A stretch of 64,000 nucleotides of DNA. It comes from Eledone cirrhosa (lineage: Eukaryota). This document shows positions 52,515 through 64,000 of this stretch, piece by piece. Within the stretch, counting starts at the first letter, position 1. Each line of letters begins with the position of its first letter. The notes beneath the pieces were generated by a model. The model was not told where the DNA came from. It made no database searches and saw only the letters and a program-made list of their open reading frames with translations. The position numbers and the translations under genes are program-made. The stretch is taken from positions 37,386,001-37,450,000 of the forward strand of contig OZ024755.1 in the NCBI GenBank assembly GCA_964016885.1. Direction: 5' to 3'.

Positions 52515-55215
52515 AGAACCATTTCTTTTGGCAAAATAATTTCCTCATTTTCAGTTTTTTTATCTTATCTTCTTCAATATCCAATAGGAACTGTGAATAG
52601 TCTCCTGCTCCCCCACCCAATCGCATGTTTGTCTTCAAGTGAAATCTTTTGAAGCTTCGCCATAAGTAGGATTTTTTAACGCAGGCATATTCAACGTCCG
52701 CTTCATTTCCCCTTTTTACTACCGGAAGAAGCTGATGGAAATCGCCACAGCAAATTGTCAAAATTCCACCGAATGCCTCATTGTTGTCGCATATGTCACG
52801 CAGAGTGAGGTCAACAGCTTCGAAGCTTTCACTCCGAATCATGGGACACTCATCCCAAACAATCAGCCTTGTATGCTGGAAGAGATTTGCCGTCTTTGAG
52901 TTTTTATCAATGTTGCACAGACCCTTTTCTTTCACTACTATCGGTATTTTGAACCTAGAATGGGCTGTTCTTCCACCAGGCATCAGTGTTGCGGCAATGC
53001 CAGATGACGCAACAGCAATAGCAACAGCTTCTGATGGACCGATATATCTTCCTGTTAAATACTGTATTACCTCATCTTCCCTGTTCACTCCAAACATTGC
53101 CTGATCACTGCCCTTCATGGTATATTTGATAACGTATTTGATCGATTTCACGGAAGAGCACATCTCTACGTTTAGGTGGCAGTTGAACAGTTTTAATAGT
53201 TTCATATTGTAGGGAGCCACCCATTCCGAAGTTATATTTCGGCTTCCCCTTCCTTCTTGGTGTCCCTCAAATCCTCCCATTCCTGGAGACCATCTTCTGT
53301 ACACAAGGTAAGAGTCCTCTCCACACAATGTATATTCACTGAAAGGCTTAAGGTACCGCTTACTGCACGTTCCATCTTTCCAACACGGCGAATTGTTAGA
53401 GCAATTCGGATCGTGGATCCTGTGCTTCAGCACCAATTCATGACCCTCTGGATCTTTGTTTGGATCTGGTATTTCGGCTTGAACAAATTTATCGTATTCC
53501 TGCAGTCTGGGCTTGGAGGCTTCACTGGGCCATAGCAAACAGTGCACATGAGGAATACCTCGCTTTTGACATTCGACTGTCAGCACGTAAGCAATGCACG
53601 TGCCAAATAGGTCATCTACTCCAGTAAGATACTTTCTTAACAGTTTCCGCTTCAGGTCAAATACTCTGGCAATTAAATCTGGCCTGTCATGTGGCTTCTG
53701 ATTCAGGAATAGGTTTTGCCGGATTTCGGGCCAGTTTGGATTGCATGTCATTGTGATGAAGAACGAAGGATTGCCGTACTTCCGTATGTACATCATGGCA
53801 TCCTAGCATCGCTCCATCATATATCTCGGTCCACCGACAAATGTGGAAGAGAGTATGATTCGCCTGCCAATATTGCGAAAATCGTCATCATTCAATGCGT
53901 CAGTAAGGCCCTTGTATGTTGTAGATCACAATGATGTTTGATTCATTCGGATGTATTGCAGTCTATCTCCTTCAATCTTCGCAGCCATGTCAACCAAATA
54001 TTGCTGAAATAAACGACCGCCTCTGAGAAATTGGTTGAATTCGATAGGCATAGTAGCACATTGGCGTCAACTTCTTGTTGTTGCTCTTTAACAGCTCATG
54101 ATGCCATCCGTCATCGCCAAAAGGAAAAATTAGAACATACTGCAAACTGTCATAGGACCGATGGGACTGAGATTATTTGCAACTGTCCGCCTTTTTCTTT
54201 CAACACAGTGTGCAGTGCTTTTGCTTGAAGTTCGGTGCTGTTTTGTATAATAACGGCAACTTCGTTTGCAGTTTGTGCATTGAATCTTCTCTCATGTTCC
54301 ATTGCTGGTCTCCTATCAGGATCAATAATAATCGAAGCTTCGGGAATATTTTTAATTTGTTCTTTTGCCATTCGAAATGAAGCAACGTAAGGGTTATATT
54401 GTCTGAGTATTATTTCCAATAATTTAACTATGTCGCGCTGAATGTCATCGTTATGGAGTATCCCGATCCTCAAATCAACACTATCCTGAGGATCCAAGAA
54501 GTAAATTTGAAGAAATTGGGGTTGTTCGTTGGGATTAGGGGTTAAGGAACTGATGTAATGGTGAATTTGACCATGAATAGCGATAGAAGGATTCCATCCA
54601 CTCCTTGAGGAACGAACTTCTTCGGCCCCAAAAGATGTCATTTGGAACAGGCAGTTATATTGTCTGAGATCCTTCCTGAACTCGTTTGCCCTAGGTTGAT
54701 CAGTACTAAATAAACTGTGAAGTTCCTGGGGTAAAGGCTGCAGATTCCCCAACCTGACTTTTCCATTCATACAGCAAAAGTTAGCAGTTTCTCCATGAAA
54801 AAGCATTGCATGACAACAGACAGATCTTATTCATCCGTCCAACATCAGCAGAGAGGTCACGTCGTTGAACTGTCCTTGCTCTATCCCTAATGGTTTGTTG
54901 GCAAAGACGCTCAGTTCTCCGAGCGTCCGATTCATGATCTCTCGTGCTTCTATCTCTTTCCCTCTGTTCCGCCAGGCGCGCAGCTCTCCGACCATCCGAT
55001 TCATGATCTCTCCTGCTTCTGTCTCTTTCCCTCTGTTCCGCTAGATGCGCAGCCCTTGCTTTATCAGTCTCATCGATCCTTCTATTCGCATGCCTGTCCC
55101 GATCTTGTTGGCGTTGACCACTATCTTGCTCACCTTCTTCGGCTCTCCTTAGCCGTGCTTTCTTTCCACTATCGATAGACCAACCAGATGTTTTCTTTCT
55201 TCCTCGTCGAGGCAT
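52515..55215 (-). pseudogene. Helitron RepHel (HUH Rep plus Pif1-like helicase), disrupted
   Basis: Zn motif CC..GK; FITMTCNPNW; EC(F)QKRGIPHVH; KYVIKYTMKG; ASSGIAA..GGRTAHSRFKIP; WDECPM; FGG..GDFHQLLPV; LKTNMR; frameshifts, a stop and deletions. Confidence 0.95.
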
Positions 55216-55779
55216 TATTTAAGAATCGAAAATCGTATTCACCTTAGAAAAAATTCCTATTACCTCAATAAATATTTTTTTTAAATCATCATTTAGAAAT
55301 ATTTCTAAACAATGAAAGTATTGTCTGTTTAAACAACTCGTATTTTTCAAATCATATTCACTTAAAAAATACTTATTCATAATTAAAATATTCAGTGTAC
55401 AAATAATTTGTATTTTTTAAGTCATTTTCACTTAAGAATATTTTTTAAATATGCCAAGAAATATTTTTTCCATCGTATTCACTTGAAAATAATTTTTAAA
55501 AAATGAAGATATTGTCTCTGTAAATAAAGCTATTTGTGAAATCAAATTCACTTTAAAATATTTCTAAATAATTGAAATATTCTTTTTAACAAAAGCAAAA
55601 ATACAAACACCTACTATTTAACACCAACTGGTATTTTTCAGTGATATTCACTTAATGCTTTTCTGACAATTAAAATATCGTCTGTTTAAAGAAAGCTCAA
55701 ATATAGATACTTGAAGTACAAACAACTTGTAGTTTTGAAATCATATTCACTGAGAAATCACTGAAAAATCTTTTTTTAA

Positions 55780-56920
55780 TCTATATATATAAAACTGAGG
55801 TTGTCTGTCTGTCTATCGATTTTTGGCACACATCTCCTCTTAGAATCTCTCACGGAATTGCACCGAAATTGCTATACTTGTACATTGAGCCCTAGCGAAG
55901 ACATCGGAAAAAAAATATTTCAAATTGACCCGCCCTATCTGACGAAATCGAATATAATGTATCGATTTTTGAGCGTAAGTGATCAGTTATTTCCCTTTGT
56001 TCTGTTTACATTCAGCGTAGCGTCTTACGTTCTCTTTACATTTTCTGCGTGCAAAAATTAAAAAAATGATTTCCCTTTGTTCTGTTTACATTCAGCGTAG
56101 CGTCTTACGTTCTGTTTACATTTTCTGCGTGCAAAAATTAAAAAAATTACGCTGGCAAAAATTAAAAAAATTACGCTGGCTTTCTCAGCGTTTAAAATGA
56201 CATTAACACAATACACGAACAGTTGTCGAGCCAGCAAAATTTTGACCTGCAAAATTCATCAGTTCGAACACTAAGCTTCCGTTTTGCTTCATTTCCATTT
56301 AAAAGCCTTTTAAAACAATATTTTTACTTGAAAACAAGTCTATTTAAAGACTACGTAAAACAAGCAAATATTTCGTAAAAAAAAGCAAAAATGATATGAG
56401 TTTATTTAAAATATATGTATCTGTAAATTTCGTTAGGCGTGCAGACAGACAGTCGTGCAGACAGACAGTTGTGCAGAGAGGTGATATACGCGTGCAGACA
56501 GACAGTCGTGCAGAGAGGTGATATACGCGTGCAGACAGACAGTCGTGCAGAGAGGTGATATAGGCGTGCAGACAGACAGTCGTGCAGAGAGGTGATATAG
56601 GCGTGCAGACAGACATAACTGATAATTTGGTTACGCTAATGTTTTTCTCTGCGTTGCAGTGTTTACATTTTCGATCTTTGTTAATAAGCAACCAGTGCAG
56701 TTTTTATCCCCAGCATCCTCTTTTGTTATAACATTCGGGTTATCGTTATGTTTTCTTAACTTCATAAGGCATATTGTTGGTTGAGGGAATATTAATCAAA
56801 AACACCACATGCAAGTCTGCACAGTAGACACTACAGTTTTTAAGCCAAAAAAGAAACTTAACATTGTAACTTTAACACAGCTACTGAGCGACCCCGAGCA
56901 ACGCCGGGCTTTACTGCTAG
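55780..56920 (+). mobile_element. Non-autonomous Helitron nested antisense in the autonomous Helitron
   Basis: A|TCTATATATATAAAACTGAGG ... CCCGAGCAACGCCGGG..CTGCTAG|T; internal ~78 bp duplication and 36 bp minisatellite (56437-56615). Confidence 0.9.
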
Positions 56921-57272
56921 TAATTATTAAAACTATTTCTCGAATGATGAAAATAGTTTATGTCGATTTACGTCAAACTTGTTTTATCCCCATTTCAGGG
57001 TTATATCACTTACAGGGCTATTTCTCCATTATGCACCGTTTTGGCTATTTACGAAGGTATCCTACACACACACACACACAAATATATATATATATATATA
57101 TATATGTCTCTATCTTAAGTACTGTTACACACACATATTCACACACACATGTCTCTCTAAGTACGTAAACACATGCACTATGAAAGAGGGAGAAAGAAAT
57201 CATGGATAGGAGGAAGAGTTAAAATAAATAAAAGTTAAGGACGCTGTATCTTTTTCCTATCTGTCATCCCTC

Positions 57273-57310
<38 letters not shown>

Positions 57311-58009
57311 TCTTTATTCTCTCTCTCATCCCCTCACACTCTCTCGTCCCCTTACACTCTCTCTTTCTCTCTCTCATCCCCTCTCTTTCTTTCTCTCCCT
57401 CACCCCCTCTCTGTCTCTCTTACCTACAGAATGGACAACCAAAAAACAAACGGATTATTTCTTTCGATATTCATTATAAAATAAGATAAATTGAATTTAG
57501 ATGAATTCCTTGCTATTTTTGGAAAATTGAAAATATTGTCCATGTCCGATTTACTCCAAACTTGTTTTATTCAGAGTATTTTCTCATTATGCAATGTTTT
57601 GGCTATTTACGAAGTTTTGCAGGGTTATGTTAATTTCGGGGTATTTTCCCAGTATGCACCGTTGTGGCTATTTACGAAGGTACCCTCAAAACCCGCGAAT
57701 CTCGGGAACCCGGGGTCCGATTTTCGCGAAACTTGTTTTTTTTTCAATTTTTAATTCCATTTCAGAGGCAACTTGCTTTCAAAGTATTTATCCATTATGC
57801 GCCATTTTGGCTGTATTACATAACAGACAAGCAAGCACGCAAGATCAGAGTTTTAGTAGTATATAGATAGATAGATAAATTCTCAATCGTATGGTCGCGA
57901 TACCTTTCGTTTTAATGTTAATCATACACAAGCCTGGGTTCTTATGTGCTGTGTACACATATATGTTGTTGTTCTGATGATTCCGGTGAATGAACTCTAT
58001 AGATGATGA

Positions 58010-58228
58010 ACACAACCACAAGGATATGGTCCGAATGAGGAAGTTCCGAACTCCCACTGTCATCGCCTCCATCTCTCTGTATGGTGAGCAAATGGGGTCC
58101 CAAGTGCTGGCCTCCCCACAGCAGACAGAATGGAGAAGGCGTTTCCCCGGAAGATGGTAAGGGAGATGCGCTGGAAGAGCCATTCCAACTCGCGAGGCTC
58201 ACACCTGCGGCTGGCCAGCTCAGCGCCT
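58010..58228 (-). mobile_element. CRE-like 3' end
   Basis: Minus GAELASRRCEPRELEWLFQRISLTIFRGNAFSIL. Confidence 0.7.
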
Positions 58229-58479
58229 AATGTTTATATTTTGTTAGCTAAATGGTTTGTAGGTGTTATCTGTGTACAAACTATGATTATGTGAATATGG
58301 CTGTCTTGTTTTCTTTCTGAATCTATTGAGGACCAAATCATATTTATCATAGATCAACTGTGATGTTTTTACACCGATGTTATTTCTTTTATCTTTCGTC
58401 TCGTTTGGCTTTGTTTTCCATGTGTACTGTGATTATTTTACAAGTGTCGTATATAACTTCTAGTAATTTCATCTTTTAT

Positions 58480-58790
58480 GTTTGTCTTACGTTTATGCTG
58501 TTGAATTGTATTCTTTTGGTGTCCTCTTGTGTTTTTGGTACGAGAGAATATGGTGCTACTTTAACAGTATTAACTTGGATTATAATTTCATGACGATTCA
58601 TATTGAGTGGGAGTAGTTTTGTAGCTGTGTCTAGAAATCTGTAAGAAGATGACAGTGTCATATCATCTGCAAATGAGACAATGTATACTTGTGAACATAT
58701 AGGTGGAAGATGTTGGTATAGATGAAAATGATTAGAGGAGGGGGTGGGTTGTTCTTGAGGTTAAACATATCGTAAACTTCAAAGTGTAGA
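58480..58790 (-). pseudogene. Very old LINE reverse transcriptase fragment
   Basis: PQ...PLIIFIYT..P....IVSFADDMTL across a frameshift. Confidence 0.5.
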
Positions 58791-59045
58791 TACGTTGATT
58801 GCTTTTACACTGCATGGTATTCCCAACCTAAATGATAATTCCCTATCAAGCGTTCTATCCAGGTTGTGAGATTAAGGAATTCACTTTGCAAGCATGCATT
58901 CCTTTGTTTGTTCCCACTTCGTGACACATTGCAAATGTGTCTTCAAACTTTATCCTTTGTTGATATATTGTAATATTCGAGAGGCAGAAACTGTGCACAA
59001 CCCTATGATACATTCACACACACACACACATTTATATATTTATAA

Positions 59046-59234
59046 TAAGAACAGACTAAAGTTTAAGCAAAGAATCGCTGTTTTCACCCTTAACGTTAAG
59101 GGTGAAAGCAGCGATTCTTTGCTTAAACTTTAATCTGTTCTTATAAATATTTGCTCTACGGATTTATAATGTATTATATATATATAATCCTTATCGAGTC
59201 CTATTCGGATTTTAGTCTTCACATTTATTACTAC

Positions 59235-59235
<1 letters not shown>
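59046..59235 (+). mobile_element. Fold-back PLE-type repeat; 98-bp palindrome centred in helix II loop
   Basis: Arms 59046-59094 / 59095-59143, no spacer; same family as 6643-6820. Confidence 0.82.
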
Positions 59236-59265
<30 letters not shown>

Positions 59266-59910
59266 ATGTGTGTGTGTGTGTGTGTATATTACTCACAATA
59301 ATAAGGATGGCAAATCTACAAAAAAATGTTCAGGCAATGGCCATATTACCTATAAAGAAACTCTAACGAATAAATCCGAGCATTTATTAAATAATCTTTA
59401 GAAATGATTGATATATATATATATATATACATAAATATATTAAACATTAACAGAAGAAAATGTGTAAAAGGAAGTAAAAACATATATCTAATTCCAAAAG
59501 GTGGCATATTTAAATTGTAAATATTTAAATTCGAAAGAAATCATCAGGAAAAATCGCTGGTGCTTTTATGTGAACGTAAGCGACACACTACCAGATAGAT
59601 GTAATAACAACACACAATTGCAAGCAAACTGATGGATGTGTAAGAAAAAGTGGAATAAGTAAACGCTAAATTGACTGGAAACGAGAACATCGTTGCTGGG
59701 ATACGTTTTATTGCTTATTCTGTGAACGATTTCTAGTTATAATACGACATCAGACTTGTGATCATATTGATAAATTGGGAATTGTAGACGTCTTGTCTCA
59801 TCAGATTCCTGTTCCTCGGGATACACGAGTATGGATAACAATTTATCCAGCTCTCCTCCACAGTTTCAAGTTTGCTATACTAAATTATACCAGATTATGA
59901 CGGCTGTTGT

Positions 59911-60003
<93 letters not shown>

Positions 60004-60008
<5 letters not shown>

Positions 60009-60707
60009 TGTATATATAGTGTATTTTGCAATACACTGTATGCTTAATTAAAAGCATTTCGAAGAACTTATTCTATTGTTTTAGAGTAGTGACAGTCTCA
60101 CTTACTTTAATTTTCAGCAAAAAGGGGAGATAAAGCTGACAGAGTCCTGTTTTGCATTTTTTTATGCTTATCATTGCATTTTTTGATGCTTATCAAATGC
60201 ATAAGGTCTTCGAAATACTTTTACTTAAGCATACAGTGTATTGCAAAATACACTATATATACATTCATATATATATAGCTATTTCAGAGCACCAATTCTA
60301 ATTTTCAATTTCTGCTTGACCGGCAACCGCTCTGTATAATCAGTTCCTGATTATTTACTAGAATTCTATAAGAATCAAACATCCATGATATCCAGCAAAC
60401 AGGAGGAGTAGTTAGCTTTGATAACATAAAAAAATGCAAAACAGGGCTCTGTCAGCTTTATCTCCCCTGTTTGCTGAGGTTAACTTTGCCTTTCATCCTT
60501 ACGGGGTCGATAAAATAAAGTACCAGTAATGCACTGGTAATTGCTGGCCTTGTGCCTAAAGTAGAAACAATTAAATTAAGTGAGACTGTCACTACTCTAA
60601 AACAATAGCATAAGGTCTTCAAAATGCTTTTAATTAAGCATACAGTGTATTGCAAAATACACTATATATACATTCATATATATATACCTATTTCAGAGCA
60701 CCAATTC

Positions 60708-60714
<7 letters not shown>
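60004..60714. mobile_element. Inverted plus partial tandem repeat of probable PLE type
   Basis: 60004-60170 inverted relative to 60420-60680; partial copy 60199-60303; family copy 18268-18427; GAAA-TGCTT..AAGCA-TA helix III-like; (TA)n flanks. Confidence 0.6.
60477..60571 (+). mobile_element. 5'-truncated main-family SINE nested in the repeat above
   Basis: Interrupts TTGCTGA|AAATTAAA seen intact in sister copies. Confidence 0.85.
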
Positions 60715-60740
<26 letters not shown>

Positions 60741-60893
60741 CAAGTAAGAATATTTTCGAAACAGCGAGCGGGTTTGAAATTATTAGAAATGTAAGCTATC
60801 GCCGTATTGTGACTAAAGAAATTAAAGAAATTATTTAGCCTGATAGTGGGGTTAAGAACCCTAGGAGAAATGGAAAAAGATGAGTATTGACGT

Positions 60894-60927
<34 letters not shown>

Positions 60928-61125
60928 TGGAAAGTGAGGTTTTTTTTACAAATTGAAAAATAACCGAGGTGTCCTACACGAGTGAAAGTATAAAGAAAAA
61001 GAGATGAAATCGAAAATGTAACTGGAGTCTTATTTTTTTTAAAAATATATATATATTTATTTGGTTCCTTTACCGGTTTCGCAGTTCTTCTGCTTTTCAA
61101 AAGGTGAGTTGAGATGGAGGGTCTG

Positions 61126-61245
<120 letters not shown>

Positions 61246-61684
61246 TGCAGAATGAAGAATTTCTTAAAAGATGATGAAAACGAATTTTATCTTTTAAAGC
61301 TATCTTAGATAACTTAATTACAGTATATCAAGTAAAGTAGGAGCAATTCCTCCACCATGTAGGCAATACCATAGTCCATGACCATTGAAATCCCCATGAA
61401 GTTGTAATTGTAGTAAAGTTGGATATGGATAATATGTGTCCAACTCTATTCTGCAGTTTAAAGTTTGCTATACGTGTGATAGTATAGACAAGATAAGGAC
61501 CGCCGCCCCTCGAAACATGCCAACAAAAGTCATCATCTGAGACAACAACAATAACAGTAGAAACCAGAAAACGTAATAAAACCTCTGCTGCAACCAACCA
61601 TCTCAAGTTCGAGGAGAACAAGTACAGAAGCAAATCACATCGTCGGGAAAATATCTCAATGAGAGGAATCTATATTAACATTAA

Positions 61685-62480
61685 GGGGCTTAGTGGTTAG
61701 AGCATTGGGCTTGCAATCGAAAGGTTGTAAGTTCGATTCTCGGAGAGGGTGATGCGTTGTGTACTTGAGCAAGATGCTTTATTTCACCTTGCTCCTGTTT
61801 ACTCAGCTATAGAAATGAGTTGCGACGTCACAGGTGCCAAGCTGTATCGGTCATAGCCTTTCTCTTGGACATCATCATATATAGTGTATATATTGTATAT
61901 ATAGAGAGTATATAGAGAGTATATATAGAGTATATATAGAGTATATATAGTGTATATATAGACTATATATAGTGTATATAGTGTATATATAGACTATATA
62001 TAGTGTATATATACTATATATAGTGTATATAGTGTATATATAGACTATATACAGTGTATATAGTGTATATATAGACTATATATAGTATATATAGTGTATA
62101 TATTGTATATATAGACTATATACAGTGTATATAGTGTATATATAGACTATATATAGTGTATATAGTGTATATATAGACTATATATAGTGTATATAGTGTA
62201 TATATAGACTATATATAGTGTATATAGTATATATATAGACTATATATAGTGTATATAAAGAATATAGAGTGTATATATAATGTATGTTACGACATCACTG
62301 GTGCCAAGCTGTATCGGCCATATCCTTTCCCTTGGACAACATCAGCGGCGTTGAGAGGGGAAGCTGGTATGTATGGGTGACTGTTGGTCTTCTGCAAACA
62401 AACTTACCCGGACTTGTGCCACGGAGGGAAGCATTTCTAGGTACAAATCACATGATCATTCGTGACCGAGGGGGTTCTTC
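61685..62480 (+). mobile_element. Second-family SINE split by a TA-rich minisatellite (61878-62282)
   Basis: GGCTTAGTGG A-box, AGTTCGATTC B-box, CTTGAGCAAG motif; ~58 bp segment repeated on both sides of the array. Confidence 0.75.
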
Positions 62481-62769
62481 AAGTTTCATATGGGGAAGGA
62501 TTCTTATTGAAACTACCAATAATTGAAGAATCCGTCAAAGGGTAGTTTAATTCTTCAAAATCTAACAGAAATTGACCAGGAAATCATACATACTGTTCCA
62601 TATACCGAGGTAGTATGTCGAGGTAACATGTTGGAATAAAAACACGTTGCGTTGCGTAATCAAAAAGGCCCTAGCATATTAGGACTACATGACAGGCTTA
62701 TAATTTCGCTAGATATAACAGCCAAAGAACGTGTGGTACAATTCAACAAATTAATGAGTAGTTTAATAA

Positions 62770-63084
62770 AGGTTTCTTATATAGGCACAAGGCCAGCGAT
62801 TTTTTAGGAAAGGGAAAGTCGATTAAATCGACCCCGTAAAGATAAAAGGTAAAGTTAACCTCGGCGGGATTTGAACTCAGACCATAAAGGGCTGTAACTC
62901 TATGCTGCAAAGCATGGTGTCCGACACTCTACCGATACTGCGAATCCACCGCCCTCAGGAGTACTTTAATAATAATTGTTTCTACATTTGGCACAATGCC
63001 AGCAATTACCCCAGTGTATTACTGGTACTTTATGTTATCGACCCCGTAAGGATGAAAGGCAAAGTTAACCTCGGGGGGATTTGA
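62770..63084 (-). mobile_element. Two main-family SINEs (62770-62954; truncated 62972-63084)
   Basis: Consensus match. Confidence 0.85.
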
Positions 63085-63319
63085 GGTTAATAATAATAAT
63101 TAAACATCTCAATGAGAGGAATCTCTCAGATTTGTGTGATGTGTGTGTGTGATGTGTGTGCGTGTGTGTGTGCATGTGTGTGTGTGTGTATGCGTGCGTG
63201 CGTGTGTGTGTGCGTGCGTGTGCGTGTGGATTTATTCTTAACTGCGTACAATTTTTTTAATTCTTAGACATGTATGCAATGACATGCTGAATTTCTTTCC
63301 TATTCTCTCGTACATATAT

Positions 63320-63611
63320 ATACACCGACGGCGATGAATTTGTTTTGCGAGGTTTTTTATATGAAATCGTGTGTCGAAACAAATATTGTTATACTTGGGG
63401 AGGGTCATATTGTTATAATAATATTGCCAGAAATAATAACAGAACACACTCACTGTTTGGTTGGTTTTCGCTTCTGTATCTTTTATATCTCTACAGTTAA
63501 TTCATTCGGTCCTCAATGTTTACCATTGACTGACCAACGGTAAAAAATACAGATATAATATGTGTTTATAGATATAAATTATATCTGTATTTTTGGCCAT
63601 TGGTCAGTCAA
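63320..63611 (+). mobile_element. Diverged PLE-type repeat with terminal inverted repeat 63525-63611
   Basis: GAAATCGTGTGTCGAAAC..TTGTTATACTTGGGGAGGGTCAT shared with 4324-4373. Confidence 0.5.
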
Positions 63612-63838
63612 TATATATACATTGATTACAGCATAATTGTATACACATTTATGAATATATACACCATACAAAACCATTCCACAATTTGTTCAGGTGGCTT
63701 ATTTTCCATTTCTTATCTATTTTCTATCTATAGACGTAAGCAATTTTTTTATCAAATTTTATTGCCTGCTAATCTTCCAAAAGAATAAATAGTTCAAGTC
63801 TTCTGGGAAATATGTTCCTTGTGTTTACTCCATTGGGT

Positions 63839-63900
<62 letters not shown>

Positions 63901-64000
63901 GGCGCATGGCTTATATATATATATATGTGTGTGTGAAGGCGCATGGCTTATATATATATATGTATATATGTATATATATATATATGTATATAGGAACCAG

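Larger units (their letters stand above)
52349..57867 (-). mobile_element. Decayed autonomous Helitron
   Basis: 5' A|TCTATATACTACTAAAACTCTG at 57867; 3' hairpin CATGACCCAACGGGTCATG plus CTAG|T at 52349; RepHel coding remnant inside. Confidence 0.9.

Noticed and set aside
61380-61490. Possible gag-like zinc knuckle remnants (CNCSKVG, CYTC)
   Set aside because: Histidines missing, several stops and frameshifts; insufficient

Overview
AT-rich, repeat-saturated animal genomic DNA, most likely a cephalopod (Octopus-type tRNA-derived SINEs with a Deu/Nin-like core and extreme (TA)n/(CA)n/(GA)n density). I find no host protein-coding exon, and almost all supplied ORFs are microsatellite translations. 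The window is a mosaic of mobile DNA: about 20 SINE copies, decayed RTE, CR1 and CRE-like LINE fragments, Penelope-like element (PLE) GIY-YIG fragments, a decayed autonomous Helitron (52349-57867, minus) with tandem and nested non-autonomous Helitrons, and hAT- and piggyBac-like MITEs. The three most interesting signals are: (1) more than 15 minimal type I hammerhead ribozyme motifs from at least 8 sequence families, in PLE-type repeats embedded in (TA)n, including non-canonical cores shared between copies; (2) a recurrent fold-back architecture in which inverted duplications break inside hammerhead helix II; (3) a SINE whose Pol III A-box segment has expanded into a 4.5 kb array of about 155 units ahead of one B-box. 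All ribozyme folds were paired by eye and none is tested for activity.
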